A stretch of DNA of 64,000 nt from Eledone cirrhosa (taxonomy: Eukaryota), in the NCBI GenBank assembly GCA_964016885.1, contig OZ024745.1:87358001-87422000 (forward strand), in the 5' to 3' direction. The notes beneath the pieces were generated by a model, which was not told the origin of the DNA, made no database searches, and saw nothing but the letters and a program-made list of their open reading frames with translations. How positions within the stretch are numbered: position 1 is the stretch's first letter; every line of letters begins with the position of its first letter. Made by a program: the position numbers and the translations under genes. Below, one piece after another: positions 26,681 to 39,209 of the stretch.

Positions 26681-27618
26681 ATAAACGGAAAAAAATGAAA
26701 CGAAATTTCATTTCTCACTCTTAGTACGGCTGTTACTTAAATCTAAGTATGTATACGTACATACATATATGTATACAGACGTACAGTAGAATGTATATAT
26801 ATATATACATACATGCACACACACACATATATATATATATATGTATGTATGGATTCACCGAACATTTATTACAATGCCCGGTTTTTTTGTAAACAAGCAT
26901 CCGGAATTAAGTCGTACAGTGTCTAGCAACCATCGTTGCTCATTTGTTCAACACTGACAAAGGAAAGCTGTACTAGTTTCAAGCTTATTAGCAATCGTCA
27001 GCAACGGATACCTTCCTGCCAGATGGTTGAACGTCTGAAAGTATATACTTTCCTTATGCATATTAACCTCTGAGCAGCCTAATTTGCATATCGAGTGAGT
27101 TAATCGGCCGGGTGCACCGAAAACAATAAACGGAAAAAAATGAAACGAAATTTCATTTCTCACTCTTAGTATGTATACGTACATATATATATGTGTGCAT
27201 GTATGTATATATACATACTACTGTACGTCTGTATACATATATGTATGTACGAGTACATACTTATATTTAAGTAACAGCCGTACTAAGAGTGAGAAATGAA
27301 ATTTCGTTTCATTTTTTCCTTTTATTGTTTTCGGTGCACCCAGCCGATTAACCCACTCGATATACAAATTGGGCTACTCAGCCGTTAATATGCATAAGGA
27401 AAGTATATACTTTCAGACGTTCAATCATCTGGCAGGAAGGTATACGTTGATGACATTAGCTAATAAGCTTGAAACTAGTACAGCGTTCCTTTGTCAGTGT
27501 TGAACAAATGAGCCACGATGGTTGCTAGACACTGTACGGCTTAATTCGGGATGTTTGTTTACAAACACAGCGAGCATTATAATAAATGTTCGGTAAATCC
27601 ATACGTACATATATATAT
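26681..27618. mobile_element. Divergently inverted pair of ~420-bp hammerhead-containing units (candidate retrozyme)
   Basis: Minus unit 26681-27183 with intact-core hammerhead at 26965-27007. Plus unit 27185-27618 with mutated core at 27444-27486. Confidence 0.85.
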
Positions 27619-29326
27619 GACGATGGGGCGGCCGGGGTTGTCAGGTTTGTGGTGTTTGGGGAGGAAGTAGATAGTAGGGGTGCGGGTGTACGGACGATGA
27701 GGTAGGAAACGGTGGGAGAGGAGGAGGGAGGAGGAGACAAGTTGTTGGATGGTGGAGGAAACTTGTTGTTGGTAGAATGTGTGTGGTTGGAGGGTAGAGG
27801 GCGGTAGAAGAGACGGTTACGGAGCTGCCTGAGGGCTTCGGCCGTATAGAGGTCAGCGCGCAACACCACCACGGCGCCTCCCATGTCCGCCAGTTTGATG
27901 ACGATGTCATCTCGGCTACGGAGGGAGCGGAGAGCGAGGAGTTAGCTCCGTTATGCCGTTTGGAACGGTGACGAAAGTCGACGCGAATTATTGCGCTACG
28001 GCAGGCGTCGACGAACGCGTCTAGGGTGCTAAATTGCCCTCGAGCCGGCGTCCAAGATGATGGTCGTCCGCTCAGGGTGAGAAACGGGTCTGGGGCGTCG
28101 GAGCCGGTGGCATTTGATGAAAATGTGCCTGTAGCTTCGTGCGTCGCACGAATCGCTCGACTTCCGTTCGAGTGCAGAACTCGTCGCTGTGCGGAGTGTG
28201 GGGTATGAAGCGAAGAAGTCTACTGAGGAGTGAGCGCTCAGGTGCGTAGAGGGGGTTGTCGAGGGGGTATGGTGACAACAGGTGGTGGGTTGGGGTGGGT
28301 GGTGTTTGGCTATGTGAAGGAGGAGTGGAGGGTGTGGTGGGGGTTGAGGTGGAGAGTGGAGATGGGGTAGGGGTGTGGGCGGGAGTGTGTGTGCGGGGGG
28401 GGGGGGGGGGGTTACAGGGATGAGCGAGGTGTGGTGGAAGGAGGTGGTAGGGAGGAGTGAGTGTAGCTTAAGGGATTTGGTGGAGGTGAGGAATGAGAAG
28501 AGATCGTGGTTGAGGTTTTGGATGAAGAGGAGGGGGTGGCATACGGAGTTAAGGCGGAGGAGGGTGGGGGTCAGTTTGTAGTCAAGGTTACGGATGGTGG
28601 AGCAGGAGGAGCGGAGGGAGTTGCGCATTAGACGGTGCGAGGATCGGGTGAGGATACGTTGGGTGGAGGGGGAAGCGGAGGGGTAGGTGTGGAAGTGTAG
28701 TCCGAAGCCGAGAGGGATGAGGTGGAGGTGTAGGCAGCGCCTGAGGAAATGGATGTTGCTGGAGTGCAGGGTTTTGCCGAAGAGAAGGTAGGAGAGCTGG
28801 CGGGCCGAGAGGAGATAGCAGGGTGGGAGGAGGAAAAGTTTGAGGCGGGTGTGGAGTTGGTGGACAAAAGATCTCAGGCTTGGGATGCTAGGCGTGGAGT
28901 TAAAGCAGGGGGGGGTGGAGGTGTGTGATGCGGGGGGGGGGGAAGGGGTGAGTGCGAAAGGGTAGACAGAGACGGGGGAGCGAAAAATCAAACAAAAATA
29001 ACGGAAGGGGGTGGGGTATACACAGGAAAATCATAGACAAAGAATCATAATCAGAAATAAACACAGGAAATCATGGAGAAAAAAAATCATAGACAGAAAT
29101 AAACAAATACAGTAAATTAATCAATAAATAATGCAAAGAAAGGAAAAATAACAAGGAAAGAAAAGGTTGTGGGAAGGTTTGGGGGAAAGTTCAGAGAGTG
29201 GTCACGGCGGATTACATCGGGGTTGAGCCGGTAGTCAAGGTAGTATTCAAAGGTGGTGTGGAAGCCGTGTGAGCGTGTATTGTATAATGAAAATTGGAAT
29301 GGGAACAAAAACAGAGAGGCAGTACG

Positions 29327-29328
<2 letters not shown>
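27619..29328 (-). mobile_element. Penelope-like element (Neptune-like type), 5' portion with pseudo-LTR remnant
   Basis: Homologous to 44193-45560 (SRDDIVIKLADMGGAVVV, RPI). 29280-29326 matches the 3' end of the 44-48 kb copy (48092-48134). Confidence 0.85.
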
Positions 29329-29357
<29 letters not shown>

Positions 29358-29409
29358 TTTCTGAATTTGTTTAGCAAGATTCTTTATCTGAAATCGTGTG
29401 TTGAAACCG

Positions 29410-29451
29410 ATATTGTTATACTTTGGGAGGGTCATGACCCTCCCAAAGTAT

Positions 29452-29459
<8 letters not shown>
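29410..29459. repeat. Perfect 50-bp palindrome (fold-back of the pLTR family at 40983-41555)
   Basis: ATATTGTTATACTTTGGGAGGGTCA|TGACCCTCCCAAAGTATAACAATAT. Confidence 0.95.
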
Positions 29460-29484
<25 letters not shown>

Positions 29485-29489
<5 letters not shown>

Positions 29490-29640
29490 GGAATAGAATG
29501 AAACCAAATTTCATTTCGCACTCTTAGTTCGGCACTTACTTAAATGTAAGTATGTATGTATGTATACGTACATACATATATGTATACAGACGTACAGTAG
29601 TATGTATATATATACATACATGCACACATATATATATGCA
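29485..29640 (-). repeat. Fragment of the ~420-bp hammerhead-containing repeat
   Basis: Matches 26683-26830. Confidence 0.75.
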
Positions 29641-29706
29641 AGATAAATGGAAAAAGATGAATATTGAGGTACATGTACGTCAATACTCTTCTTTTTCCAT
29701 TTATCT
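29641..29706. repeat. Imperfect 66-bp palindrome
   Basis: AGATAAATGGAAAAAGA...GTACA|TGTAC...TCTTTTTCCATTTATCT. Confidence 0.8.
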
Positions 29707-29838
29707 GAGGGTTCTAAACCCCATTATCAGGCTAAAATTCCTTTAGTCAAAAATACGGTGAACGCTATTCTATTTTCTAATTCCAAACCTGCTCACTGTT
29801 TCAAAACATACTTACTTGTATATATATATGTATATATG

Positions 29839-29885
<47 letters not shown>

Positions 29886-30139
29886 GTATATATGTATATA
29901 TATATATATATAAGTATATATATATGTATATAAAAATGTATATATATATGTTTATATGTATATAAGTATATATATATATATATGTATATATATATGTTGA
30001 TATCATTTGTTTTCACTTAGTTTTGGTGTTTTAACCGCGAAATATTGTTTTTCGAACAACATTAATCATTGATATTTAAACGCTGCTAGCTTTCACGCTG
30101 TCTCTCTCCTTCTTTCTTTCTCTCTACCCCTCTCTCTAG

Positions 30140-33104
30140 ATCGCACAAGTTCAATCAAGCATTATGCATAGCACTAACCGAAACGCACCTTACAAGCAGT
30201 ATAGCAGATGCAGAAATACATATACCGAACTATACTCTATTTCGTTCGGACAGGAAGGAGAGAACTCATGGTGGTGTTGCTCTGTATATCCGTGAAGATG
30301 TCACACCAATTGTACTGTTGACATTCAAACTCAGTCTGTGACACACTTATAATACATATGAAGCAACTACAGACGGTAATATGTGTCGCATATCGGGCGC
30401 CCGATGCCCCCAGTCATGAGGGCAAATTTGAGGATAGCCTCAGTAGTATAGAAGAGGTCCTTGACAAACTGAACCAGGGTCTCAACATTCTACTGCTGGG
30501 AGACTTCAACCTGCCAAAGGTCAAATGGCCTGAGGGCCATCTCCTCCCTGGAATGACGTCAATAAAACAGAGACAGACGGAATCCCTGCTGGCCCACTCA
30601 GGCTGTTCATGGAACAAGCAGCACTCATCCCAACAAGAGGCGAAAATATCCTGGTCCTCTGTTTTACAAAGAACGAGGTGCTCATCCACAATGTAAAGAT
30701 GACACCAACAATTTTCTCGGATCATAACTTAGTAGAACTAATGATATGTGGTCCGAGAGAACCAACAGAGAAACAACCATCAAGAAACACCGGGACGTTA
30801 TCCAGCCTTAACTTCTACAAGGCTAACTGGAAAAAGATCAAGAGAGAAATCCGGAAGAAAATATGGAGCGAAAACACCGCCACACAAGACACCAACACAC
30901 AATTTCAACACTTCATGACAACGATACACACAATATGCAAAAAGTTTGTCCCGGAGAAAAAGGCAAACAGATAGAAAAATCTTATTCCCAGAGATAGGAA
31001 AATCCTTATGAGACGTAGAACCAAGCTCTCAAACCAGTTGAATGCACAACAAGAAAACAAAAACAAGAAGGAATCCTATTGGAAACGTGCACTACTTGAC
31101 ACCGAGATTGCACTCAAACTTTCCCATGAAAATGAGAGGGCAAAGAAAGAAAGCAGAGCCATAGAAAATATTAAAACAAACCATAAGGCCTTCTTTAAAT
31201 TTGCCAAAGAAACTGCCTCGGTACACTGCAAGATTGGGCCACTCTTCCATACAGACGGTTCATTAACCGAGTATGCCCAAGAGATATGTGAAATACTGAA
31301 CGAACAGTACAAAAGTGTGTTCACATGTCGACTGAGGCACATGCAAATAACAAATCCAGAGGAGTTCTTTGATGCCACAACACTACATGAAGAAATTGCG
31401 ACCATCAACTACATAGATATAACGGAGGAGGATGTGGTATACGCCACAGATGAAATTAGAACAAACTCAGCTGCTGGACCTGATGGATTCCCAGCAGTCC
31501 TTTTAAAAACATATAAGCGGGCCTTAGCAACTCCCCTGAAGACGCTCTTCAGAAGCTCTTTGGCTAGCGGTATACTACCCAGGGAGCTGAAAGAAGGCAC
31601 AATATGCCCTATCCATAAAGGAGGTAGGAGAGCGGATGCCAAAAACTATAGGCCAGTCTCCCCGACGTCGCATATCAGTAAGGTCATGGTGCGAGTCGTC
31701 AGAAAGAAACTGATCACTTTCCTCGGGGAAAATGACCGCCTGACTAGCACGCAGCATGGCTTCCGCCCAGGAAGAAGCTGCCTTACACAGCTGATACATC
31801 ACTCCGACTGGGTACTGAAACAACTGCTAGACAGCTCACATGTGGACGTGATATATCTTGACTTTGCGAAGGCCTTTGACAAGGTCGACCACGGAATGGT
31901 ATGTCACAAACTACACGGACTCGGCATAACTGGAAAAGTAGGTGAGTGGCTGCATGTCTTCTTAAAGGACAGAAGCCAGACAGTCGCAGCAAACGGGGCC
32001 CTCTCAAAGGAAAAATCAATAACAAGTGTGGTGCCCCAAGGGACAGTCCTGGGACCACTACTGTTTTTGGTGGCTCTCTCAGACATGCCTTCTGTAGTAC
32101 ATACAACATCTCTCATTAGCTATGCTGATGACACTAAGGTAGCCCAGGCAATCAAAAACCAGGCTGACGCTGCCCTTTTACAACAAGATCTGGATGCCAT
32201 ATAGAAATGGGCGGAAGAAAACAACATGTAGTTTAATGCTGGCGAATTCCAGGCCCTACAATACAAACCTGCAAACACAAATACAGTACAACACAGTTAC
32301 GCAGGACCAGCAGGGACCGATATCCCCATGTCAAAATCGATACGAGACCTGCGTATAGACATGAGCGATGATGCATCTTTATCCTCACACATCATGAATG
32401 TGGCGACAATGTGCAGACGACTCGCTGGCTGAATCTTGAGGACTTTCCGGACAAGAGACCGATACACCTGTTGACACTATGGACGCTATGGTCCTAAGCC
32501 GCCTGGACTATTGCTCCCAGCTGTGGTCACCCATAGTGTCAAACTAACCACGGAGCTTGAGGCAATCCAGCGAAGCTACACTAAGAGGATTGCCACGATG
32601 AAGGAGATAAGCTACTGGGAGAGGCTAAAAGAACTGAACCTCTACTTCTTGGAACGAAGACGGGAGAGATACGCAGTGATCTACGTGTGGAAAATACTGG
32701 AGGGACTAGCACCAAACTTTGGCATTAGGAGCTGGACCAACCATCGAACAGACGTCACTGGGGCCAAAGATCCCGTCTTCCATATCTAGAATAAGGAGCA
32801 GATTTTACAATAGCCTGGGATTCAAGGGCCCTCAAATCTTCAACAAGCTGCCGAGGGATCTGAGAGATCTGCATGGTGTGGAGGTGGATGTCTTCAAGAA
32901 ACATCTCGACACCTTGCTATCCAAGTTGTCGGATGAGCCCACAACAAGGCACGAGGGAAACCTAAGGGCAGCAGAAACAAATCCACTCTTACACCAGTGG
33001 CCAACCAATATAGGCTGGAGATAAAATTTGTAGCAACAAAGGCGGTGCCCCAGCATGGCCTCAGTCGGATGCTGGAACAGATAAAAGAGTAAAAGAGTAA
33101 AAGA

Positions 33105-33107
<3 letters not shown>
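30140..33107 (+). mobile_element. CR1/L2-group LINE ORF2 (APE + RT), decayed, with (TAAAAGAG)n tail
   Basis: LTETHL, GGVALY, AYRAP, LGDFNLP, SDHNLV, NYRPVS, QHGFRPGRSC, YLDFAKAFDKVDH, VPQGTVLGPLLF, YADDTK. Tail at 33082-33107. Confidence 0.92.
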
Positions 33108-33580
<473 letters not shown>

Positions 33581-33710
33581 TAAATTAGCCGTCGAAACGG
33601 CTTGAGCTCAGCCGTCGGGGTCTTACTTGTTCCTATACCAACTCTACTACCCTAAGTATTGAGTACTTTGGTGCGTTATGGTCCACCTGGTTCCTTACCA
33701 CATGTCCTTC

Positions 33711-33749
<39 letters not shown>

Positions 33750-33753
<4 letters not shown>

Positions 33754-34545
33754 GATAATAATATATCGTTAAAGATGATCCGATAAGAGGTTGTGAAAAC
33801 TACTTATCGATAATTTAAGCGTACGGTGCTGTGTGACTCAACAAGAGGTTTACGTGGATGACGAGTTTATACTTCACTTGTATTCCTATGTAAGTATATT
33901 TTGGTGTAATAAAATTGAAAAAGTGCAGAATAACATGGTCAACAATACAAACAAGGAAATTTATTTACAGTCTAACAATTGTTACTATAATAGAGTTGTC
34001 TAAAAATTGCTAAACACTGAAATTAGTGGCACTCAATTTAAAATACATTCTACCTACATCATTTCATCAGAAACTGAGAAAAAAATATAAAATATATGCT
34101 TAACGGTAAATTTATAAATTCAAATTACTACATCAATAATAATATTAATAATACAGATATAGAGAGAAGGGGAATAGATAGAAAGGAGGGGGAAAAGAGA
34201 GACGAAAGAGAAAACAAAATTACAGTTAAATACATAACCGGCAAAATTACGAAATCAAACTATCACATCAAAATAAAGATAATATTAATAATGAAGATAT
34301 AGATAGAAAGAAAAGAGGGGGGGTAGATGTATTACAGCTAAAGAAAAAAAACAAGGATGAATAAGGAAAAAAGAGAAAGAGATAGAGAAAAATGAAGAAG
34401 GAAAAGGAAAGCAGGTAGAGACAGTAATTGTTGATGAATACAGGCAGAGATAGGAAGGAAAGAATGATGAAGATAAACAGACAGGCGAATATACATTAAT
34501 AGAATGAAAGCAAGTAAAAAATAGAGATTTAATCATAGAAACAAA

Positions 34546-34584
<39 letters not shown>

Positions 34585-34760
34585 AATGATAGATAAATAA
34601 GTAAACAGATAGGTGAGTAAATAAACAATATACATTTATTGTTATATAAAATGGTATAATATCTGAAACGTAGAGATGAGAATAACTAAATAAATAAATA
34701 AATGCGTTGAAGAGACTAATAAGAGTAGTATTAATGTTATTGCGAATAGTTATTGATGAT
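33750..34760 (-). mobile_element. Probable PLE 3' UTR/pseudo-LTR with decayed hammerhead (33968-34076)
   Basis: Minus strand CAGTTT CTGATGA ... GTAA CAATTG T T AGACTG. Composition resembles the 3' UTRs at 17.0-17.9 kb and 60.2-61.1 kb. Confidence 0.4.
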
Positions 34761-34770
34761 TATTAAATAT

Positions 34771-34906
34771 AGTTACGTCCCTTTACGATCTGAGTTCAAA
34801 TCCCGCCGAGGTTGACTTTGCCTTTCATCCTTACGGGGTCGATAAAATAAAGTACCAGTAATGCACTGGGTAATTGCTGGCCTTGTGCCTAAAGTAGAAA
34901 CAATTA
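34771..34906 (+). mobile_element. SINE family A, 5'-truncated
   Basis: GAGTTCAAATCCCGCCGAGGTTGACTTTGCCTTTCATCC...AGTAGAAACAATT. Confidence 0.85.
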
Positions 34907-34975
34907 AATATGGATAGATGTAAAGTTGAAATTATTATAATATTGGATATATTTATGTGTGTATTGGCTATTTTA

Positions 34976-35011
<36 letters not shown>

Positions 35012-35057
35012 ACATGTATACATATATATATATATATATATATGTACATACATATAT

Positions 35058-37179
35058 ATAAGTATGTACACATACATACATATATGTATACAGACGTGCA
35101 GTAGTATGTATATATATATACATACATGCACACATATATATATGTATGTATGGATTCACCGAACATTTATTATAATGCTCGGTGTGTTTGTAAATAAACA
35201 TCCCGTATTAAGCCGTAGTGTCCATCAACCATCGTTGCTCGTTTGTTCAACACTGACAAAGGAACGCTGTACTAGTTTCAAGCTTATTAGCTATCATCAG
35301 GAACGTATATCTTCCTGCCAGATTGTTGAATGTATATACTTACCTGATGCTTATTAACGGCTGAGTAGCCCAATTTGCATGTCGAGTGGGTTAATCGTCC
35401 GGGGGCACCGAAAACGATAAACGGAAAAAATGAAACGAAATATCATTTCCTACTCTTAGTACGGCTGTTACTTAAATATAAATATGTACAAGTACATACA
35501 TATATGTATACAGATGTACAGTTGTATGTATATATATACATACATGCACACATATGTATATGTACGTATGGATTCACCGAACATTATATTGCTCGGTGTG
35601 TTTGTAAACAAACATCCCGTATTAAGCCGTAGGAAGGTATACGTTGCTGACGATAGTTAATAAGCTTGAATCTAGTACAGTGTTCCGGTGTCAGTGTTGA
35701 ACAAACGAGCAACGATGGTTGCTAGACACTACGGCTTAATACGGGTTGTTTGTTTACAAACACACCGAGCATTATAATAAATGTTCGGTGAATCCATACG
35801 TGCATATATATATGTGTGCATGTATGTATATATATTTTCATACTACTGTACGTCTGTATACATATATGTATGTACGTGTACATACTTATATTTAAGTAAC
35901 AGCCGTACTAAGAGTGTGAAATGAAATTTCGTTTCATTTTTTCCGTTTATCGTTTCCGGTGCACCCGGCCGATTAACCCACTCGATATGCAAATAGGGCT
36001 ACTCAGCCTTTAATGTGCATAAGTTAAGTATATACGTTCAACAATCTGGCAGGAAGGTATACGTTGCTGACGATAGCTAATAAGCTTGAAATTAGTACAG
36101 CGTTCCTTTGTCAGTGTTGAACAAACGAGCAACGATGGTTGCTAGAAACTACGGCTTAATACGGGATATTTGTTTACAAACACACCGAGCATTATAATAC
36201 ATGTTCGGTGAATCCATACGTACATATATATGTGTGCAGGTATGTATATATACATACTACTGTACGTCTGTATACATATATGTATGTACGTGTACATACT
36301 TATATTTAAGTAACAGCCTTATTAAGAGTGGGAAATGAAATTTCGTTTCATTTTTTCCGTTTATCGTTTTCGGAGCACCCGGCCGATTAACCAACTCGAT
36401 ATGCAAATTGGGCTACTCAGCCTTTAATGTGCCTAAGGTAAGTATATACGATCAACAATCTGGCAGGAAGGTATACGTTCCTGACGATAGCTAATAAGCT
36501 TGAAACTAGTACAGCGTTCCTTTGTCAGTGTTGATCAAACGAGCAACGATGGTTGCTAGACACTAGGGCTTAATACGAGATGTTTGTTTACAAACACACC
36601 GAGCATTATAATACATGTTCGGTGAATCCATACATACATATATATGTGTGCAGGTATGTATATATATATACATACTACTGTACGTCTGTATACATATATG
36701 TATGTGCGTGTACATACTTATATTTAAGTAACAGTCATATTAAGAGTGGGAAATGAAATTTCGTTTCATTTTTTCCGTTTATCGTTTTCGGTGCACCCGG
36801 CCGATTAACACACTCGATATGCAAATTGGACTACTCAGCTGTTAACGTGCATAAGGTAAGTATATACGTTCAACAATCTGTGCAGGAAGGTATACGTTGC
36901 TGACGATAGCTAATAAGCTTGAAACTAGTACAGCGTTCCTTTGTCAGTGTTGAACAAGCGAGCAACGATGGTTGCTGGACATTGCGGCTTAATACGGGAT
37001 GTTTGTTTACCAACACACCGTGCATTATAATAAATGTTCGGTGAATCCATACGTACATATATATATGTGTGCGTGTATGTATATATATATATATACATAC
37101 TACTGTACGTCTGTATACATGTATGAACATACTTATATGTATATATATATGTATATATATATATATATGTATAAATATA

Positions 37180-37276
<97 letters not shown>

Positions 37277-37752
37277 ATATATGTATATATATATAAATAT
37301 AAGTATGTATACGTACATATATTCCATTTATCGTTTTCGGTACGCCCGGCCGATTAACTCACTTGATATGCAAATTAGGCTGCTCAGCCGTTAATATGCA
37401 TAAGGAAAGTATATACTTTCAAACGTTCAATCGACTGACAGGAAGGTATACGGTGCTGATGACAGTTAATAAGCTAGAAACTAGTTCATCGTTCCTTTGT
37501 CAGTGTTGAATAAAAGGGCAACGATGGTTGCCGAACACTGTACGGTTAATAATTCTGGCTGTTTGTTTACAAACAAACGGAGCATTATAATAAATGTTCG
37601 GTAAACCCATACGTACATACATATATATGTGTGCATGTATCTATATATATACATACTACTGTACGTTTGTATACATATATGTATGTACGTATCATACTTA
37701 TAATTAAGTATCAGCCGTATTAAGAGTGACAAATGAAATTACATTTTTTCCA
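35058..37752. mobile_element. Tandem array of ~420-bp units with one hammerhead each (candidate non-LTR retrozyme); ~1.4 units minus, then ~5 units plus
   Basis: Plus-strand CTGA(C/T)GA cores at 35647, 36067, 36481, 36900 and 37456 (spacing 420, 414, 419, and 556 with a TA expansion). Minus-strand hammerhead at 35264-35306. Orientation switches at 35630/35631. Confidence 0.9.
36894..36936 (+). ncRNA. Minimal type I hammerhead ribozyme (best-preserved copy of the 420-bp unit)
   Basis: ACGTTG CTGACGA T AGCT AATA AGCT T GAAA CTAG T A CAGCGT: 6-bp stem I, canonical core, palindromic stem III ACTAGT, predicted GUA cleavage after 36930. Confidence 0.85.
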
Positions 37753-37793
37753 TATATATATATATCTATATATATATATATATATATATATAT

Positions 37794-39177
37794 TTTTATC
37801 GTATGGTTGATTTTAGACTTGTTCTATGTGTGACGGTATTTTAACGATAGTTATAGCTCTGATTCATCTGAATTATTGAGCCCTCTGCCGCTCATTTCGA
37901 ATTTTGTTTATCGTGAACTCGTGCGCCGATTTTTCGATACTCGATCATTCTAATATTTTTAGCTCTGGACATAGCTATCCACCAGTTAATTTTATTGCTC
38001 ATTTTTTGTCGATTCTATTGAGTGATGAATAGCTCCTGTTTTATTTTAACATGTCTATTGAGCACTTTTATTCGATATGTGTATTTCCACATTTCCTCGA
38101 ATAGTTTTCGCGGATGTAGAGGTTATCTCCCTTGCCGGATTCCATGTGCGTATTTTGCTTGTAGTTAGCCTCTTATCCGCTGGGACGAAACTCGTTGAAA
38201 AAGTAAACTTCCAGTCCGCTTATTCTAGAAGTCTTAAATATTTATATGTGAGCTGATAGAGTACAGTCTAAGGATTTACAGAAACCCAAGAAGCTAGATT
38301 TAACACCTTTCTAGTGGGTCCGGGTATGATTTTACATTCATTTAAATTATTGATGTATCGATTTATTGATATTTTTTATCTGATTGTCCCGAATCTTCTA
38401 TTATCGATTTTTTATCGTATGGTTGATTTTAGACTTGTTCTATGTGTGACGGTATTTTAACGATAGTTATAGCTCTGATTCATCTGAATTATTGAGCCCT
38501 CTGCCGCTCATTTCGAATTTTGTTTATCGTGAACTCGTGCGCCGATTTTTCGATACTCGATCATCCTAATATTTTTAGCTCTGGACATAGCTATCCACCA
38601 GTTAATTTTATTGCTCATTTTTTGTCGATTCTATTGAGTGATGAATAGCTCCTGTTTTATTTTAACATGTCTATTGAGCACTTTTATTCGATATGTGTAT
38701 TTCCACATTTCCTCGAATAGTTTTCGCGGATGTAGAGGTTATCTCCCTTGCCGGATTCCATGTGCGTATTTTGCTTGTAGTTAGCCTCTTATCCGCTGGG
38801 ACGAAACTCGTTGAAAAGTAAACTTCCAGTCCGCTTATTCTAGAAGTCTTATATATTTATATGTGAGCTGATAGAGTACAGTCTAGGGATTTACAGAAAC
38901 CCAAGAAGCTAGATTTAACACCTTTCTAGTGGGTCCGGGTATGATTTTACATTCATTTAAATTATTGATGTATTGATTTATTGATATTTTTTATCTGATT
39001 GTCCCGAATCTTCTATTATCGATTTTTTATCGTATGGTTGATTTTAGACTTGTTCTATGTGTGACGGTATTTTAACGATAGTTATAGCTCTGATTCATCT
39101 GAATTATTGAGCCCTCTGCCGCTCATTTCGAATTTTGTTTATCGTGAATCGTGCGCCGATTTTTCGATACTCGATCA

Positions 39178-39184
<7 letters not shown>
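37794..39184 (+). repeat. Tandem repeat, ~614-bp unit, ~2.3 near-identical copies, between (TA)n tracts
   Basis: TTTTTATCGTATGGTTGATTTTAGACTTG recurs at ~37794, ~38409 and ~39024. Confidence 0.93.
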
Positions 39185-39207
<23 letters not shown>

Positions 39208-39209
<2 letters not shown>

